From assembly GCF_000522985.1 (NCBI RefSeq), contig NZ_CP007128.1, positions 974,220 through 1,038,219 of the forward strand: DNA of 64,000 nt, written 5' to 3'. The notes below the pieces were generated by a model. The model was not told the DNA's origin. It worked only from the letters and a program-made list of their open reading frames with translations, and did not search any database. Positions within the stretch are counted from its first letter, which is position 1; each line of letters opens with the position of its first letter. Source of the DNA: Gemmatirosa kalamazoonensis (GTDB lineage: Bacteria > Gemmatimonadota > Gemmatimonadetes > Gemmatimonadales > Gemmatimonadaceae). The position numbers and the translations under genes are program-made. Positions 1 to 8,534 of the stretch are shown one piece after another.

Positions 1-824
1 TTGATCGAGAAGCGCGTCGTCGCGCCCGGACCGCGCCGCAGCCCGGAGTACAGTCGCCCGAGCCGCTGGTACAGCACGTCGTCGAGCTGCGCGAGCGTGA
101 GGTTCGCCACCGGCAGCTCGCCCACGCCGGGAATGACGACGAATCCCTCGCGCGTGACGTCGAGCGTGAACGCGCGCTCGGTGTCGCCGGTGATGAGCAG
201 CACGAGGCGGTCGCCGGGGCCCAGGCGGTAGTTCGCGTCCACCGGACCGGCGAGGTTCGGATCGAACTGCGTCGTCGCGCCGGCGAACACGTTGAGCCCG
301 AAGATGGCCATGCCGCTGTCGACGACCGTCCGCGCACCCGGGCGGCGACGCGCCGGCGTTAGGCGGGGCAGCGTGTCGTCGGCGAGCGAGTCCCGTGCGT
401 CGACGAGCGAGTCCAGGCGGTTCGCGTCGCGCGGATCGCGCGCGAGGCGGCGCCGACGGAGCGCGCTGCGCAGCGAGTCGCGTCCGGCGAGCGTGTCGGT
501 CGAATCGGCGAGGCCGAGCGCGGCGACGGCGTCCAGCACGTCGTCGCTCGGCAGGCCGCCCGCGACGCTGTCTCGCGCGGAGCGCGGCGCGCGGAGATAC
601 GTGTCGAGCAGATCCTCGGGGTAGCCGGAGGCGCGGAGCCGCGCGCGGATCTGGTCGGGCGTCAGACCGCTGCCCGAGATCTCCTGGCGCAGCTGCGCGG
701 CGAGGTCGGGGCGCGACTCGAGCACTCGGCGCGCCTGGTCCGGCGTCGGGAGCTGCTGCGCGCGGAGCGCCGGCGCGGCCGCGAGCAGCACGGCGGCGGC
801 GGCGAGACGCCGGAATGACGACAT
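1..824 (-). CDS. Polysaccharide export protein (Wza/SLBB-like), partial; the 3' end runs off the window
   Basis: Manual minus-strand translation from the ATG at about 824 gives MSSFRRLAAAAVLLAAAPALRAQQ (signal peptide), then ...FGLNVFAGATTQFDPNLAGPVDANYRLGPGDRLVLLITGD...VVIPGVGELPVANLTLAQL, typical of periplasmic polysaccharide export proteins. It is absent from the ORF track because it runs off the window edge. Confidence 0.55.
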   Translation of the reverse strand, partial: MSSFRRLAAAAVLLAAAPALRAQQLPTPDQARRVLESRPDLAAQLRQEISGSGLTPDQIRARLRASGYPEDLLDTYLRAPRSARDSVAGGLPSDDVLDAVAALGLADSTDTLAGRDSLRSALRRRRLARDPRDANRLDSLVDARDSLADDTLPRLTPARRRPGARTVVDSGMAIFGLNVFAGATTQFDPNLAGPVDANYRLGPGDRLVLLITGDTERAFTLDVTREGFVVIPGVGELPVANLTLAQLDDVLYQRLGRLYSGLRRGPGATTRFSI

Positions 825-904
825 CCTTCGGTGGGGCGCGGGCGGGAGTGGAGAGGCGACTCCCCCTCACGTCGCGCCCGGGCCCGACTTTATTCCTTTC
901 GTGC

Positions 905-1070
905 CTCGCGCGGCGGCGCGGAGAACGCGAAGACATTGAACCGCAGAGGACGCAGAGGCCGCAGAGGAGAACCGATTGGTGTTGGTTTCCTCTGCGGCCC
1001 TCTGCGTCCTCTGCGGTTCATTCACACAGCAAAGGCAGTTCTCCGCGTCCTCCGCGGCTCCGCGTGAGGA
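905..1070. repeat. Composite palindromic element: family-A hairpin (GAACC-[GCAGAGGNC]x3 ... [GNCCTCTGC]x3-GGTTC, 938-1019) nested inside a family-B hairpin (GCGGAGAACGCG ... GTTCTCCGCGTCCTCCGCGGCTCCGCGTGA)
   Basis: Inverted tandem-unit arms are visible directly in the sequence. The element is intergenic, between the Wza start and the stop of the VOC gene. Confidence 0.7.
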
Positions 1071-1079
1071 AGCCGTCCC

Positions 1080-2042
1080 TCAGTCCCCTGCCGTCCCCGC
1101 GCGCAGGTGCGGCAGCGTGATCGGCGGCAGGCGTCGCTCGATCTCCTCGCGGTGCGCCTCGAGGAACGGCGGCAGCACGAGGTGCTCGCCGAGCGTCGCC
1201 GGGTTCTCGTCGATGCCGAAGCCCGGGCCGTCGGTCGCGATCTCGAACAGCGCGCCGCCCGGCTCCTTGAAGTACACCGACTTGAACCAGAACCGGTCGA
1301 TCACCTGCGTCGGGTGCGCGCCGGCGCCGAACACCTGCTCCTGGGCCGCGCGCTCCGCCGCGTCGTCGGGCACGCGCCACGCCACGTGGTGCACGCTGCC
1401 CACCCCCCACGTGCCGCGCCGCTCGCTCGGCTGCGCCTGCAGGTCGATCACGCGCCCCGACCCACCGCCGGCCACGGCGTACCGCTCCCAGCCGCCCTCC
1501 TCCGCGATCTTCGTCAGCCCCATGCCCGTGGTGAGGAAGTTCACCGTCGGCTCGAGGTCGCGCTCCACGATGCGCACCGAGTGCAGCCCGCGGATCTGAT
1601 GCGCCTCGGCGACCGGGCTGTCCGCCCACGGGGTGAACTCGCGTGGGTCGGCCGTCTCCACGAGCGAGACGATGAGCCCATGCGGATCCTCGAACGTGAG
1701 CGTCGCCTCGCCGAAGCGCACCGAGCGCTCCGCCGTCACGCCATGCGCCTGCAGCCGATCGGCCCAGAAGCCTAACGCGCCGGCCGGCACGGCGAGCGAC
1801 ACCTCGTTCGTCAGCCCCGTGCCGCGGCGGCCGCGGGGCATGTTCTTCCACGGGAAGAACGTGAGGTCGCTGCCGGGATGTCCCTCGGCGTCGGCGTAGA
1901 ACAGGTGGTACGTGCCCGGATCGTCCTGATTGACGCTCCGCTTCACGAGGCGCATGCCGAGGAGCCCGACGTAGAAATCGATGTTCTCCTGGGCGTCGCC
2001 CGAGATGCACGTGACGTGGTGCAGTCCGGTGATCGTGGACAT
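1080..2042 (-). CDS. VOC / glyoxalase-family two-domain ring-cleavage dioxygenase-like protein
   Basis: 320-aa ORF, MSTITGLHHVTCISGDAQENIDFYVGLLGMRLVKR..., with duplicated glyoxalase/bleomycin-resistance/dioxygenase (VOC) fold motifs. GC3-rich codon usage. Confidence 0.65.
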   Translation of the reverse strand: MSTITGLHHVTCISGDAQENIDFYVGLLGMRLVKRSVNQDDPGTYHLFYADAEGHPGSDLTFFPWKNMPRGRRGTGLTNEVSLAVPAGALGFWADRLQAHGVTAERSVRFGEATLTFEDPHGLIVSLVETADPREFTPWADSPVAEAHQIRGLHSVRIVERDLEPTVNFLTTGMGLTKIAEEGGWERYAVAGGGSGRVIDLQAQPSERRGTWGVGSVHHVAWRVPDDAAERAAQEQVFGAGAHPTQVIDRFWFKSVYFKEPGGALFEIATDGPGFGIDENPATLGEHLVLPPFLEAHREEIERRLPPITLPHLRAGTAGD

Positions 2043-2078
2043 GGCTCCTCGCTTCGAAAAGGTCGTCGATGCTTCTCG

Positions 2079-2639
2079 TTAGGCACGCACCGCCTGCACG
2101 TCCAGCCGGATCTTCACGTCGTTGCCCACGAGCACACCGCCCGTCTCGAGCGCGGCGTTCCAGGTGAGGCCGAAGTCGCGGCGGTCGATCTTGCCCTCGG
2201 CGCTGAAGCTCACGCGCTCGCCGCCCCACGGGTCGCGGCCGCGCCCCTCGTACGTCGCATCGAGCGCGACCTCGCGCGTCGTGCCGCGAACCGTGAGGTC
2301 GCCGACGACGCGGAAGCTAGCGCCTTCCTCGGCGCGCGCACCCTCGATGCGGCGGCTCCGGAACGTGATCGTCGGGAACTGCTCGGCGTCGAAGAAGTCG
2401 GCCGACTTGAGGTGCGCGTCGCGCTGCTCGGCGCCGGTCTCGATGCTCGCCGTGTCGAGCTCGACCTCGGCCGACGACGCACCCGGGTTCTGCGCATCGA
2501 TCACGAGCGTGCCGCGCACGCCGGCGACCCGGCCGCGCACGGTCGTGAGCATCATGTGCTTCACCGCGAACTCGATCGTGCTGTGCGTCGCGTCGATCGA
2601 CCAGGTGCTGACGGCGGTGTCCTGAAGCGTGGTGGTCAT
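2079..2639 (-). CDS. YceI-family periplasmic/polyisoprenoid-binding protein
   Basis: 186-aa ORF with the YceI-like signature ...IDATHSTIEFAVKHMMLTTVRGRVAGVRGTLVID...DFGLTWN.... Confidence 0.75.
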   Translation of the reverse strand: MTTTLQDTAVSTWSIDATHSTIEFAVKHMMLTTVRGRVAGVRGTLVIDAQNPGASSAEVELDTASIETGAEQRDAHLKSADFFDAEQFPTITFRSRRIEGARAEEGASFRVVGDLTVRGTTREVALDATYEGRGRDPWGGERVSFSAEGKIDRRDFGLTWNAALETGGVLVGNDVKIRLDVQAVRA

Positions 2640-2781
2640 CTTGGGGGGTCTCCGTTGGTCTGGGTGACTCGAATCTCAGAAGTAAATTAATGTGACAACA
2701 CGTATATGCAAGGCCCCCCGTTGCTGCCGCATGCCCCACCCCGCATCATGTCGCTCTCCCGATCGCTCCGGTGACGCGGCC

Positions 2782-3378
2782 ATGCCCCCTCTCGCGCCCT
2801 CGATCCTCCCCTGCCGGCTCTTCCTCGCCCTGCCGGCCGCCGCGCTCCTGTCCGGCAGCGTGCGCAGCGCGCAGCCCGGCTCGACCGCCGCAGCGGAGGC
2901 CGCCTACGCACGCGCCGTCGCCGTCATCGCCGACAGCGCGATCCGGCAGCTCGACGTGCTCCCCGAGCGCACCCAGCTCCGCGTCCAGACCGCGTTCCTC
3001 GAGCCCGGCCGCGCGGCTGCCGTCCCGTTCGGTCAGCTCGCTCGCCTCGGCGCCTCGGCGTTCGACGTCGCCGACTCGATGACCGACCGGTTCGGGGGCA
3101 TCGCGCCGCCGGCCGACCTCGCGCGGCTGCACGCCGAGCTCATCGCCTCGCTGCGCGACGCGCGGGAGGCCATCGCGCACATGGTGTCCGCGGCCGACGC
3201 CTGCTCCGGCGACCCGGCGTCGCTCCAGCGGTGCCAGGTGCCGTTCACCGCCGCGTCGGGCGCGCTCGGCCGGGCGCAGCGGCGCTACCTCGACGTCCGC
3301 CGGCGGCTCGGCCATCAGGTGACCGATACCGGCACCATCCTCCCCGCGTTCGCGTCCGCGGGCCCCGGAAAACAGTGA
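2782..3378 (+). CDS. Hypothetical secreted protein
   Basis: The internal Met at 2782 starts a signal-peptide-like MPPLAPSILPCRLFLALPAAALLSGS. No recognisable domain. Start chosen inside track ORF 2692..3378. Confidence 0.35.
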   Translation: MPPLAPSILPCRLFLALPAAALLSGSVRSAQPGSTAAAEAAYARAVAVIADSAIRQLDVLPERTQLRVQTAFLEPGRAAAVPFGQLARLGASAFDVADSMTDRFGGIAPPADLARLHAELIASLRDAREAIAHMVSAADACSGDPASLQRCQVPFTAASGALGRAQRRYLDVRRRLGHQVTDTGTILPAFASAGPGKQ

Positions 3379-3546
3379 GGGCCGCCAGCGATTGCCGGCG
3401 ACCCAGGACTGTCTTCTCTCGATCCAACGTAGCTCTAGCTCTGTCCTCCGCTACCGCTGCTTCACCGGCTACATCGCCCGCTGCTTCGGCTCCGCTTGGC
3501 TCTTCACGGGGGCCTCGCGGCCCGCACATCGGATGAAGAGCATCGA

Positions 3547-4563
3547 TCATGCCGGGTGGCCGCCGCGACGTCGGAATCCGACGTCGCGGATCGCCGCCGC
3601 GGCGATCGCGACCGCCGCCCGGCCGTCCTCCAGCGTGGCGAGCGAGTCCGCGTCCTCGCCGGCGACGGCCGCGGCGAACGCCTCCCACATGCCGGCGTAG
3701 GACCGCGCGTAGTCGCTGCCGCCACCGGCGACCTGCCGCAGCACCGCCGGCAGCGCGGCGGCCGATCGCGCCGCTGCCGCGAGCCGCGCGCGCACCCGGC
3801 TGCCCCGCCCCACCGATCGCACTCGCAGCCCGTCGGGGTCGTACGGCGACACGACGAGCACCCCGCGGTCGCCGAGCAGTTCCAGCTCGTGCAGCGGTGC
3901 CGACCGCTCGCCGAGCATCACGATCGCCTGCACGCCGCGCGAGAGTTGCGCCGAGACGCTCGTCGTCGCGCCGTCCGCCGACGTCTGCGCGACGACCGAC
4001 TCGACGTCCGCGTGCGCGAGCCATCGCCACAGATCGAAGTGATGGCTGCCGAGGTCGAACACCGCGTCCCCGCGCAGATCGACGTCGGTGACGAACGCGC
4101 CACGGATCGCGCGCAGGGTGCCTAACCGTCCCTCGTCGACGAGCGCGCGCGCGCGTCGGAGCAGCCGGTGGTGCCGGAGGTTGAACCCCACGGCCACGAC
4201 ACGTGGCGCATCGCCGCGCGCCGCCGCGAGCGTATCGCACTCGGCGACGGTGCGCGCGAGCGGCTTCTCGACGAGGACGTGCTTTCCCGCGGCGAGCGCC
4301 TCGCGCGCGAGGTCGACGTGCGACTCCGGCTGCGTGCACACCGCCACCGCGTCGACGTCGACGCGCGCGAGCACCTCGCCCAGCGACGCCTCGATGCGCG
4401 CGACGCCGAACGCGCGGCTGAGCGCCGCGGCGCGCTCGGGGTGCCGGTCGGCGAGCGCCACGACGTGGACGCCCGGCACGCGCCGCAGTGCGGGCAGGTG
4501 CAGCCTCGCGGTGGCGCGTCCGCAGCCGACGACGGCGAGGCGCAGCGGTGCACGTTCGGACAT
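3547..4563 (-). CDS. Gfo/Idh/MocA-family NAD(P)-dependent oxidoreductase
   Basis: Start placed at MSERAPLRLAVVGCGRATARLHLPAL (Rossmann GxGxxG N-terminus) inside track ORF 3547..4842. C-terminal alpha/beta domain is typical of sugar dehydrogenases. Confidence 0.7.
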   Translation of the reverse strand: MSERAPLRLAVVGCGRATARLHLPALRRVPGVHVVALADRHPERAAALSRAFGVARIEASLGEVLARVDVDAVAVCTQPESHVDLAREALAAGKHVLVEKPLARTVAECDTLAAARGDAPRVVAVGFNLRHHRLLRRARALVDEGRLGTLRAIRGAFVTDVDLRGDAVFDLGSHHFDLWRWLAHADVESVVAQTSADGATTSVSAQLSRGVQAIVMLGERSAPLHELELLGDRGVLVVSPYDPDGLRVRSVGRGSRVRARLAAAARSAAALPAVLRQVAGGGSDYARSYAGMWEAFAAAVAGEDADSLATLEDGRAAVAIAAAAIRDVGFRRRGGHPA

Positions 4564-4609
4564 GGGCCGCGGATCTTGCCCGCCCGCGCACCGCGCCGCA
4601 ACGTGAGCC

Positions 4610-5542
4610 GTGCCATCCACCCCCCACGCCGCGCCGCGCGAGCTCACCTTCGCGGTGATCGTCCCGACGTACCGCCGCCCGGCGCAGCTCGCGCGCTGCC
4701 TGCGCGCGCTCGAGGCGCAGCGGTTCCCGCGCGACCGGTTCGAGGTCGTCGTCGTCGTGGACGGCGAGGGCGAGCCGCCGGAGGGGTGCGGCCCAGCGCG
4801 CGTGATCCGGCAGGCGAACGCGGGACCGGGCGCGGCGCGCAACCGCGGCGCCGCGGCGACGAGCGCCGACTTCCTCGCGTTCGTCGACGACGACTGCGTG
4901 CCGGATCCCGGCTGGCTCGCCGCGCTGGCCGAGCGCGCGGCCGCGGACCCGGAGTGCGGCGTCGGCGGCGCGGTCGTGAACGCGCTCGACGCGAACCCGT
5001 ACGCGGCGGCGAGTCAGCTCATCGTCGATCTCGCGTACGCGCATCACAACGTGGATCCCGCGCGCGCCACGTTCTTCGCGTCGAACAATCTCGCGTTCCC
5101 CGCCGCCGCGTTCCGCGCGCTCGGCGGCTTCGATGCCGCGTTCCGCACCGCGTCGGAGGACCGTGACCTCTGCGCGCGATGGCTGGAGTCGGGCCGGCGC
5201 CTGACGTTCGTGCCCGAGGCGACGGTCGCGCACATGCACGACCTCACGCTCGGCGGCTTCGCGCGGCAGCACTTCGCGTACGGCCGCGGGGCGTGGCGCT
5301 TCCACGCGGAGTCGCGGCGGCGGGGGCGCGGCCGGCTCGCGCGCGACCTCGCGTTCCACCGCGGCTTCCTCGCCGCGGCGCGCCGCCGTCTGCACCACGC
5401 GCCGCCGTCGCGCCGGGTGACGCTCGCCGCTCTGCTCGCGCTGTGGCAGGGCGCGAACGCGCTGGGGTTCGCGTACGAGGCGCTGCGCGACCGGGCGGCG
5501 CGTCCGCTCGCCCGCCGGGTGCGGCCCGCGGTCGCGGGGTGA
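4610..5542 (+). CDS. Glycosyltransferase family 2
   Basis: FAVIVPTYRRPAQLARCLRALEAQ...VVVVVDGEGEP...FVDDDCVPDPGWL (GT-A DxD motif). GTG start at 4610 per track. Confidence 0.75.
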   Translation: MPSTPHAAPRELTFAVIVPTYRRPAQLARCLRALEAQRFPRDRFEVVVVVDGEGEPPEGCGPARVIRQANAGPGAARNRGAAATSADFLAFVDDDCVPDPGWLAALAERAAADPECGVGGAVVNALDANPYAAASQLIVDLAYAHHNVDPARATFFASNNLAFPAAAFRALGGFDAAFRTASEDRDLCARWLESGRRLTFVPEATVAHMHDLTLGGFARQHFAYGRGAWRFHAESRRRGRGRLARDLAFHRGFLAAARRRLHHAPPSRRVTLAALLALWQGANALGFAYEALRDRAARPLARRVRPAVAG

Positions 5543-5546
5543 GCCG

Positions 5547-6326
5547 GTGACCGCGACGCGCGAGCGCCCGCCGTTCCTGTTCGTCTGCGGCGCACCCGGC
5601 ACGGGGAACACGTTCCTGTTCCTCAGCCTCGTGGAGGACGAGCGCGTCTACGGCATCGACGAGGACGCGTTCGGCTCGACGCTGGAGCGGCTGGTGCGGA
5701 GCGAGCGCGAGTTCGGCCGGTGCCCGCACGGCGTCGCGGCGTTCGCGGCGTTCCTGCACGCGCTGCGCGCGGACCGCGACACGCTGGTGCTGAAGACGCC
5801 GAACAACCTGCACGCGCTCGGCCTGCTGCGCCGACATCTGCCTAACGAGGTCGCCGCGGTGTGCATGGTGCGCGAGCCGCGCGCCGCGATCGTGAGCGGC
5901 ATCGAGCGACACCGGCGGCCGCCGCGCGAGGTGGCCGAGCTGTGGGCGCGCGACATGCGCCTGCTGCTCGCGCCCGAGAACGCCGACGTCGTGGTCGCGC
6001 GCTACGAGCAGCTCGTGACCGATCCCGACGCGCTGCTGGACACGATCGCGCGGCGCATGCCGATCGCACCCGCGGTGCGCGCGTACGCGCGGCGCATGCG
6101 CGACCCCGCGCGCGCCGACGCCGCGCGGTGGCGTCGCCGAGTCGAGCCCGACGTCGCGCGCGAGATCGACGCGAGCGTGATCGCGCTCGGGCTCGACGCG
6201 CTGCACGCGGACGTCGTGCGCCGCGCCGACGCGGACGGCGCCTGGGAGGCACCGCCCGCGCCGCGAACGCGCCTGCTCGCGCCCGCGCGGCGGCTGCTGT
6301 ACCGCGCCTGGTACCGCTGGAGCTGA
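5547..6326 (+). CDS. Sulfotransferase-family protein
   Basis: FLFVCGAPGTGNTFL (5'-PSB P-loop-like) and VREPRAAIVSG (3'-PB RDP-like) motifs, and C-terminal ARYEQLVTDPDALLDTIARRM. Stop overlaps the start of the next gene. Confidence 0.55.
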   Translation: MTATRERPPFLFVCGAPGTGNTFLFLSLVEDERVYGIDEDAFGSTLERLVRSEREFGRCPHGVAAFAAFLHALRADRDTLVLKTPNNLHALGLLRRHLPNEVAAVCMVREPRAAIVSGIERHRRPPREVAELWARDMRLLLAPENADVVVARYEQLVTDPDALLDTIARRMPIAPAVRAYARRMRDPARADAARWRRRVEPDVAREIDASVIALGLDALHADVVRRADADGAWEAPPAPRTRLLAPARRLLYRAWYRWS

Positions 6327-6328
6327 GC

Positions 6329-7462
6329 GTGCGCGTCGCGTTCGTCGGATGCGGGTACGTGGCGGACTTCTACGCGCGGACCATGGCGCGGTATCCCGCG
6401 CTGCGCCTCGCGTGCGTGACCGATCGCGACGCCGAGCGCGCGCGCCGGCTCGCCGCGGTGTACGGCACGCGGTGCGTGCCGTCGCTCGACGACGTGCTCG
6501 GCGACCCGACGATCGAGCTGGTGGTGAACCTCACGAATCCGTCGAGCCACGCCGAGGTGTCCCGCGCCGCGCTCGGCGCGGGGAAGCACGTGTACTCCGA
6601 GAAGCCGCTCGCGCTCTCGCTCGACGACGCCGCGTCGCTCGCGCGATGCGCCGAGGCGCGCGGGCTGGTGCTCGCCGCCGCGCCGTGCACGCTGCTCGGC
6701 GCGAACGCGCAGACGATGTGGCGTGCGCTGCGCTCCGGGACGATCGGCCGGCCGCGGCTCGTCTACGCGGAGCTCGACGACGGGCCGGTGCACCTCATGA
6801 ACTACCGTGCGTGGCGCACCGCGTCGGGCGTGTCGTGGCCGTGGCGCGACGAGTTCCAGTCGGGGTCCGCGCTGGAGCACGCGGCGTATCATCTGAGCTG
6901 GCTCGTGGCGTTCTTCGGCCCCGCGACGCGCGTGTCGGCGTTCGCGTCGATGCTCGTGCCGGACAAGGGGACCGACGCGCCGCTCGTCGACGCGGCGCCC
7001 GACTTCACCGTGGCGTGCGTGGAGTTCGCGAGCGGCGTCGTGGCGCGGCTCACGTGCGGCATCTACGCGCCGCGCGACCGCTCCGTGACCGTCGTGGGCG
7101 ACGGCGGCGTGCTGAGGACGGCGGACTGCTGGAACGAGCGGTCGCCGGTGCACCTCACGCGCCGCACGCGGCTGTTCGAGCGCGTGGAGCGGCGCCCGCT
7201 CGCCGTACGCGCGCTGCGCCGCCGCGTGCCGCTCGCGCGTCCGCCGGGCATCTCGTTAGGCGGCCGCGACCCGATCGACTTCGCGCGCGGGCTCGCGGAG
7301 GCCGCGTCGGCGATTCGCGACGGGCGGCCGTGCCGGCTCGGCGCCGACCTCGCGGTGCACGTCACCGAGACCGTGCTCGCGCTGCGCACCCCGTCGCCGG
7401 CGCCGCGCGCGCTGCGCACGACCTGCCGCCCGGTGGCGCCGATGCCATGGGCGGAGAGCTGA
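6329..7462 (+). CDS. Gfo/Idh/MocA-family oxidoreductase
   Basis: GTG start (VRVAFVGCGYVADFYARTMAR...) overlapping the upstream stop (GAGCTGAGCGTG). ...EKPLALSLDDAASLARCAEARG.... Inside track ORF 5861..7462. Confidence 0.7.
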   Translation: MRVAFVGCGYVADFYARTMARYPALRLACVTDRDAERARRLAAVYGTRCVPSLDDVLGDPTIELVVNLTNPSSHAEVSRAALGAGKHVYSEKPLALSLDDAASLARCAEARGLVLAAAPCTLLGANAQTMWRALRSGTIGRPRLVYAELDDGPVHLMNYRAWRTASGVSWPWRDEFQSGSALEHAAYHLSWLVAFFGPATRVSAFASMLVPDKGTDAPLVDAAPDFTVACVEFASGVVARLTCGIYAPRDRSVTVVGDGGVLRTADCWNERSPVHLTRRTRLFERVERRPLAVRALRRRVPLARPPGISLGGRDPIDFARGLAEAASAIRDGRPCRLGADLAVHVTETVLALRTPSPAPRALRTTCRPVAPMPWAES

Positions 7463-7463
7463 C

Positions 7464-8534
7464 GTGCGCGTCGCGTACGTCACGGCGGCGGTCCAGCCAT
7501 CGGTGGACGTCGCACCGCTCCCCTGGGTGTGGCACCACGATGCGCTCGCCGCGCGCGGGATCGACATCGTGCACGTCGACGCGGCGTCGCCGGACGCGTT
7601 CGGCCGCGCGTACGACGCGATGATCCTGCACGTGTGGCTCGACTGGAAGAACCCGCGCCGCTTCGTGCCGTCGCGGATCCTGCCGGTGATGGAGGCGTAC
7701 GCGGCGTACCGCGCGCGCTTCCCGGAGACCGTGCAGATCGTGCTGAACCACACCGACATGAGCCGGCGCCCGTACGCGACGCCGTACTGGCGTCCCGGCG
7801 ACCCGGTGCTGTACCGCACGCCGGCGTACGACCGCGCGGAGCTCGCGCCGTTCCCGGCCGAGTCGATCCACGCGTACGAGAAGGTGTGGGGCGCGCCGCG
7901 CTTCGTTGACGGCGCGCGACCGCGAGGAGGACTCGGCGTCCGGCGACGCGCGCGGGTCCTGCTCGGCAACCTTGGGACGGCGTCGGAGCTCGCGCGCGCC
8001 GCCGGCGCGGCGTTAGGCGGCCGCACGTACGCCGCGGGATTCGTCGGCCAGCCGACGGGGCCCCGGGGCTACCGCGAGCGGGTGGCGCGCGAGACGGCGC
8101 GCGTCGGCGTGGGGCTGTGCGTGCGCGGGCACTTCCTCGACGCGGCGTCGCACGACGCGCTCATGGCGCGGTGCCGCATCATCGTCTGTCCGCGCGGGTG
8201 GGGGGAGCAGAGCGCGCGGCACTGGGACGCGTGGCGCTCGGGCAAGCCGGTGCTCACCGATCGCGACTGCGACGCGGTGGAGATGATCCCCGGCTGCCGG
8301 CTGCGCGCGGGCGTGCACTACCTCGTGTACGACGACCCGCGCGACATCCCCGACCTCGTCACCGACTGGACGCGGCCGTCGCGGCGCGACGACCTCGACG
8401 CGATCGCCGCCGCGGGGCGGGCCGCGGCGGAGGACTACGATGCGCTGGGCCGCATCGAGCGCTTCCTGCGCGTCGTGGTGCCTAACGCCGCTCCCAGCGC
8501 GCGAAGAGCTGCTGGAACGCCGGGTCGTTCCTGA
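7464..8534 (+). CDS. Hypothetical protein, possible CgeB-like/GT1-like glycosyltransferase
   Basis: 356-aa ORF translationally coupled to the upstream gene (stop/start overlap). No confident motif. Lies within the EPS locus. Confidence 0.4.
   Translation: MRVAYVTAAVQPSVDVAPLPWVWHHDALAARGIDIVHVDAASPDAFGRAYDAMILHVWLDWKNPRRFVPSRILPVMEAYAAYRARFPETVQIVLNHTDMSRRPYATPYWRPGDPVLYRTPAYDRAELAPFPAESIHAYEKVWGAPRFVDGARPRGGLGVRRRARVLLGNLGTASELARAAGAALGGRTYAAGFVGQPTGPRGYRERVARETARVGVGLCVRGHFLDAASHDALMARCRIIVCPRGWGEQSARHWDAWRSGKPVLTDRDCDAVEMIPGCRLRAGVHYLVYDDPRDIPDLVTDWTRPSRRDDLDAIAAAGRAAAEDYDALGRIERFLRVVVPNAAPSARRAAGTPGRS

Noticed and set aside
3245-5611. Very long Arg/Ala-rich ORFs on the antisense strand of real genes: 3245..5611 (788 aa), 395..1120, 1018..2229, 5861..7462 N-terminal part, 6349..7623, 18721..21324 N-terminal part, and the fused ORFs 13934..17038 and 34155..37406.
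   Set aside because: These are typical high-GC antisense or frame-shadow ORFs. They are low-complexity R/A/G-rich, have no motifs, and overlap well-supported genes on the other strand or frame. Only the portions with recognisable domains were annotated.
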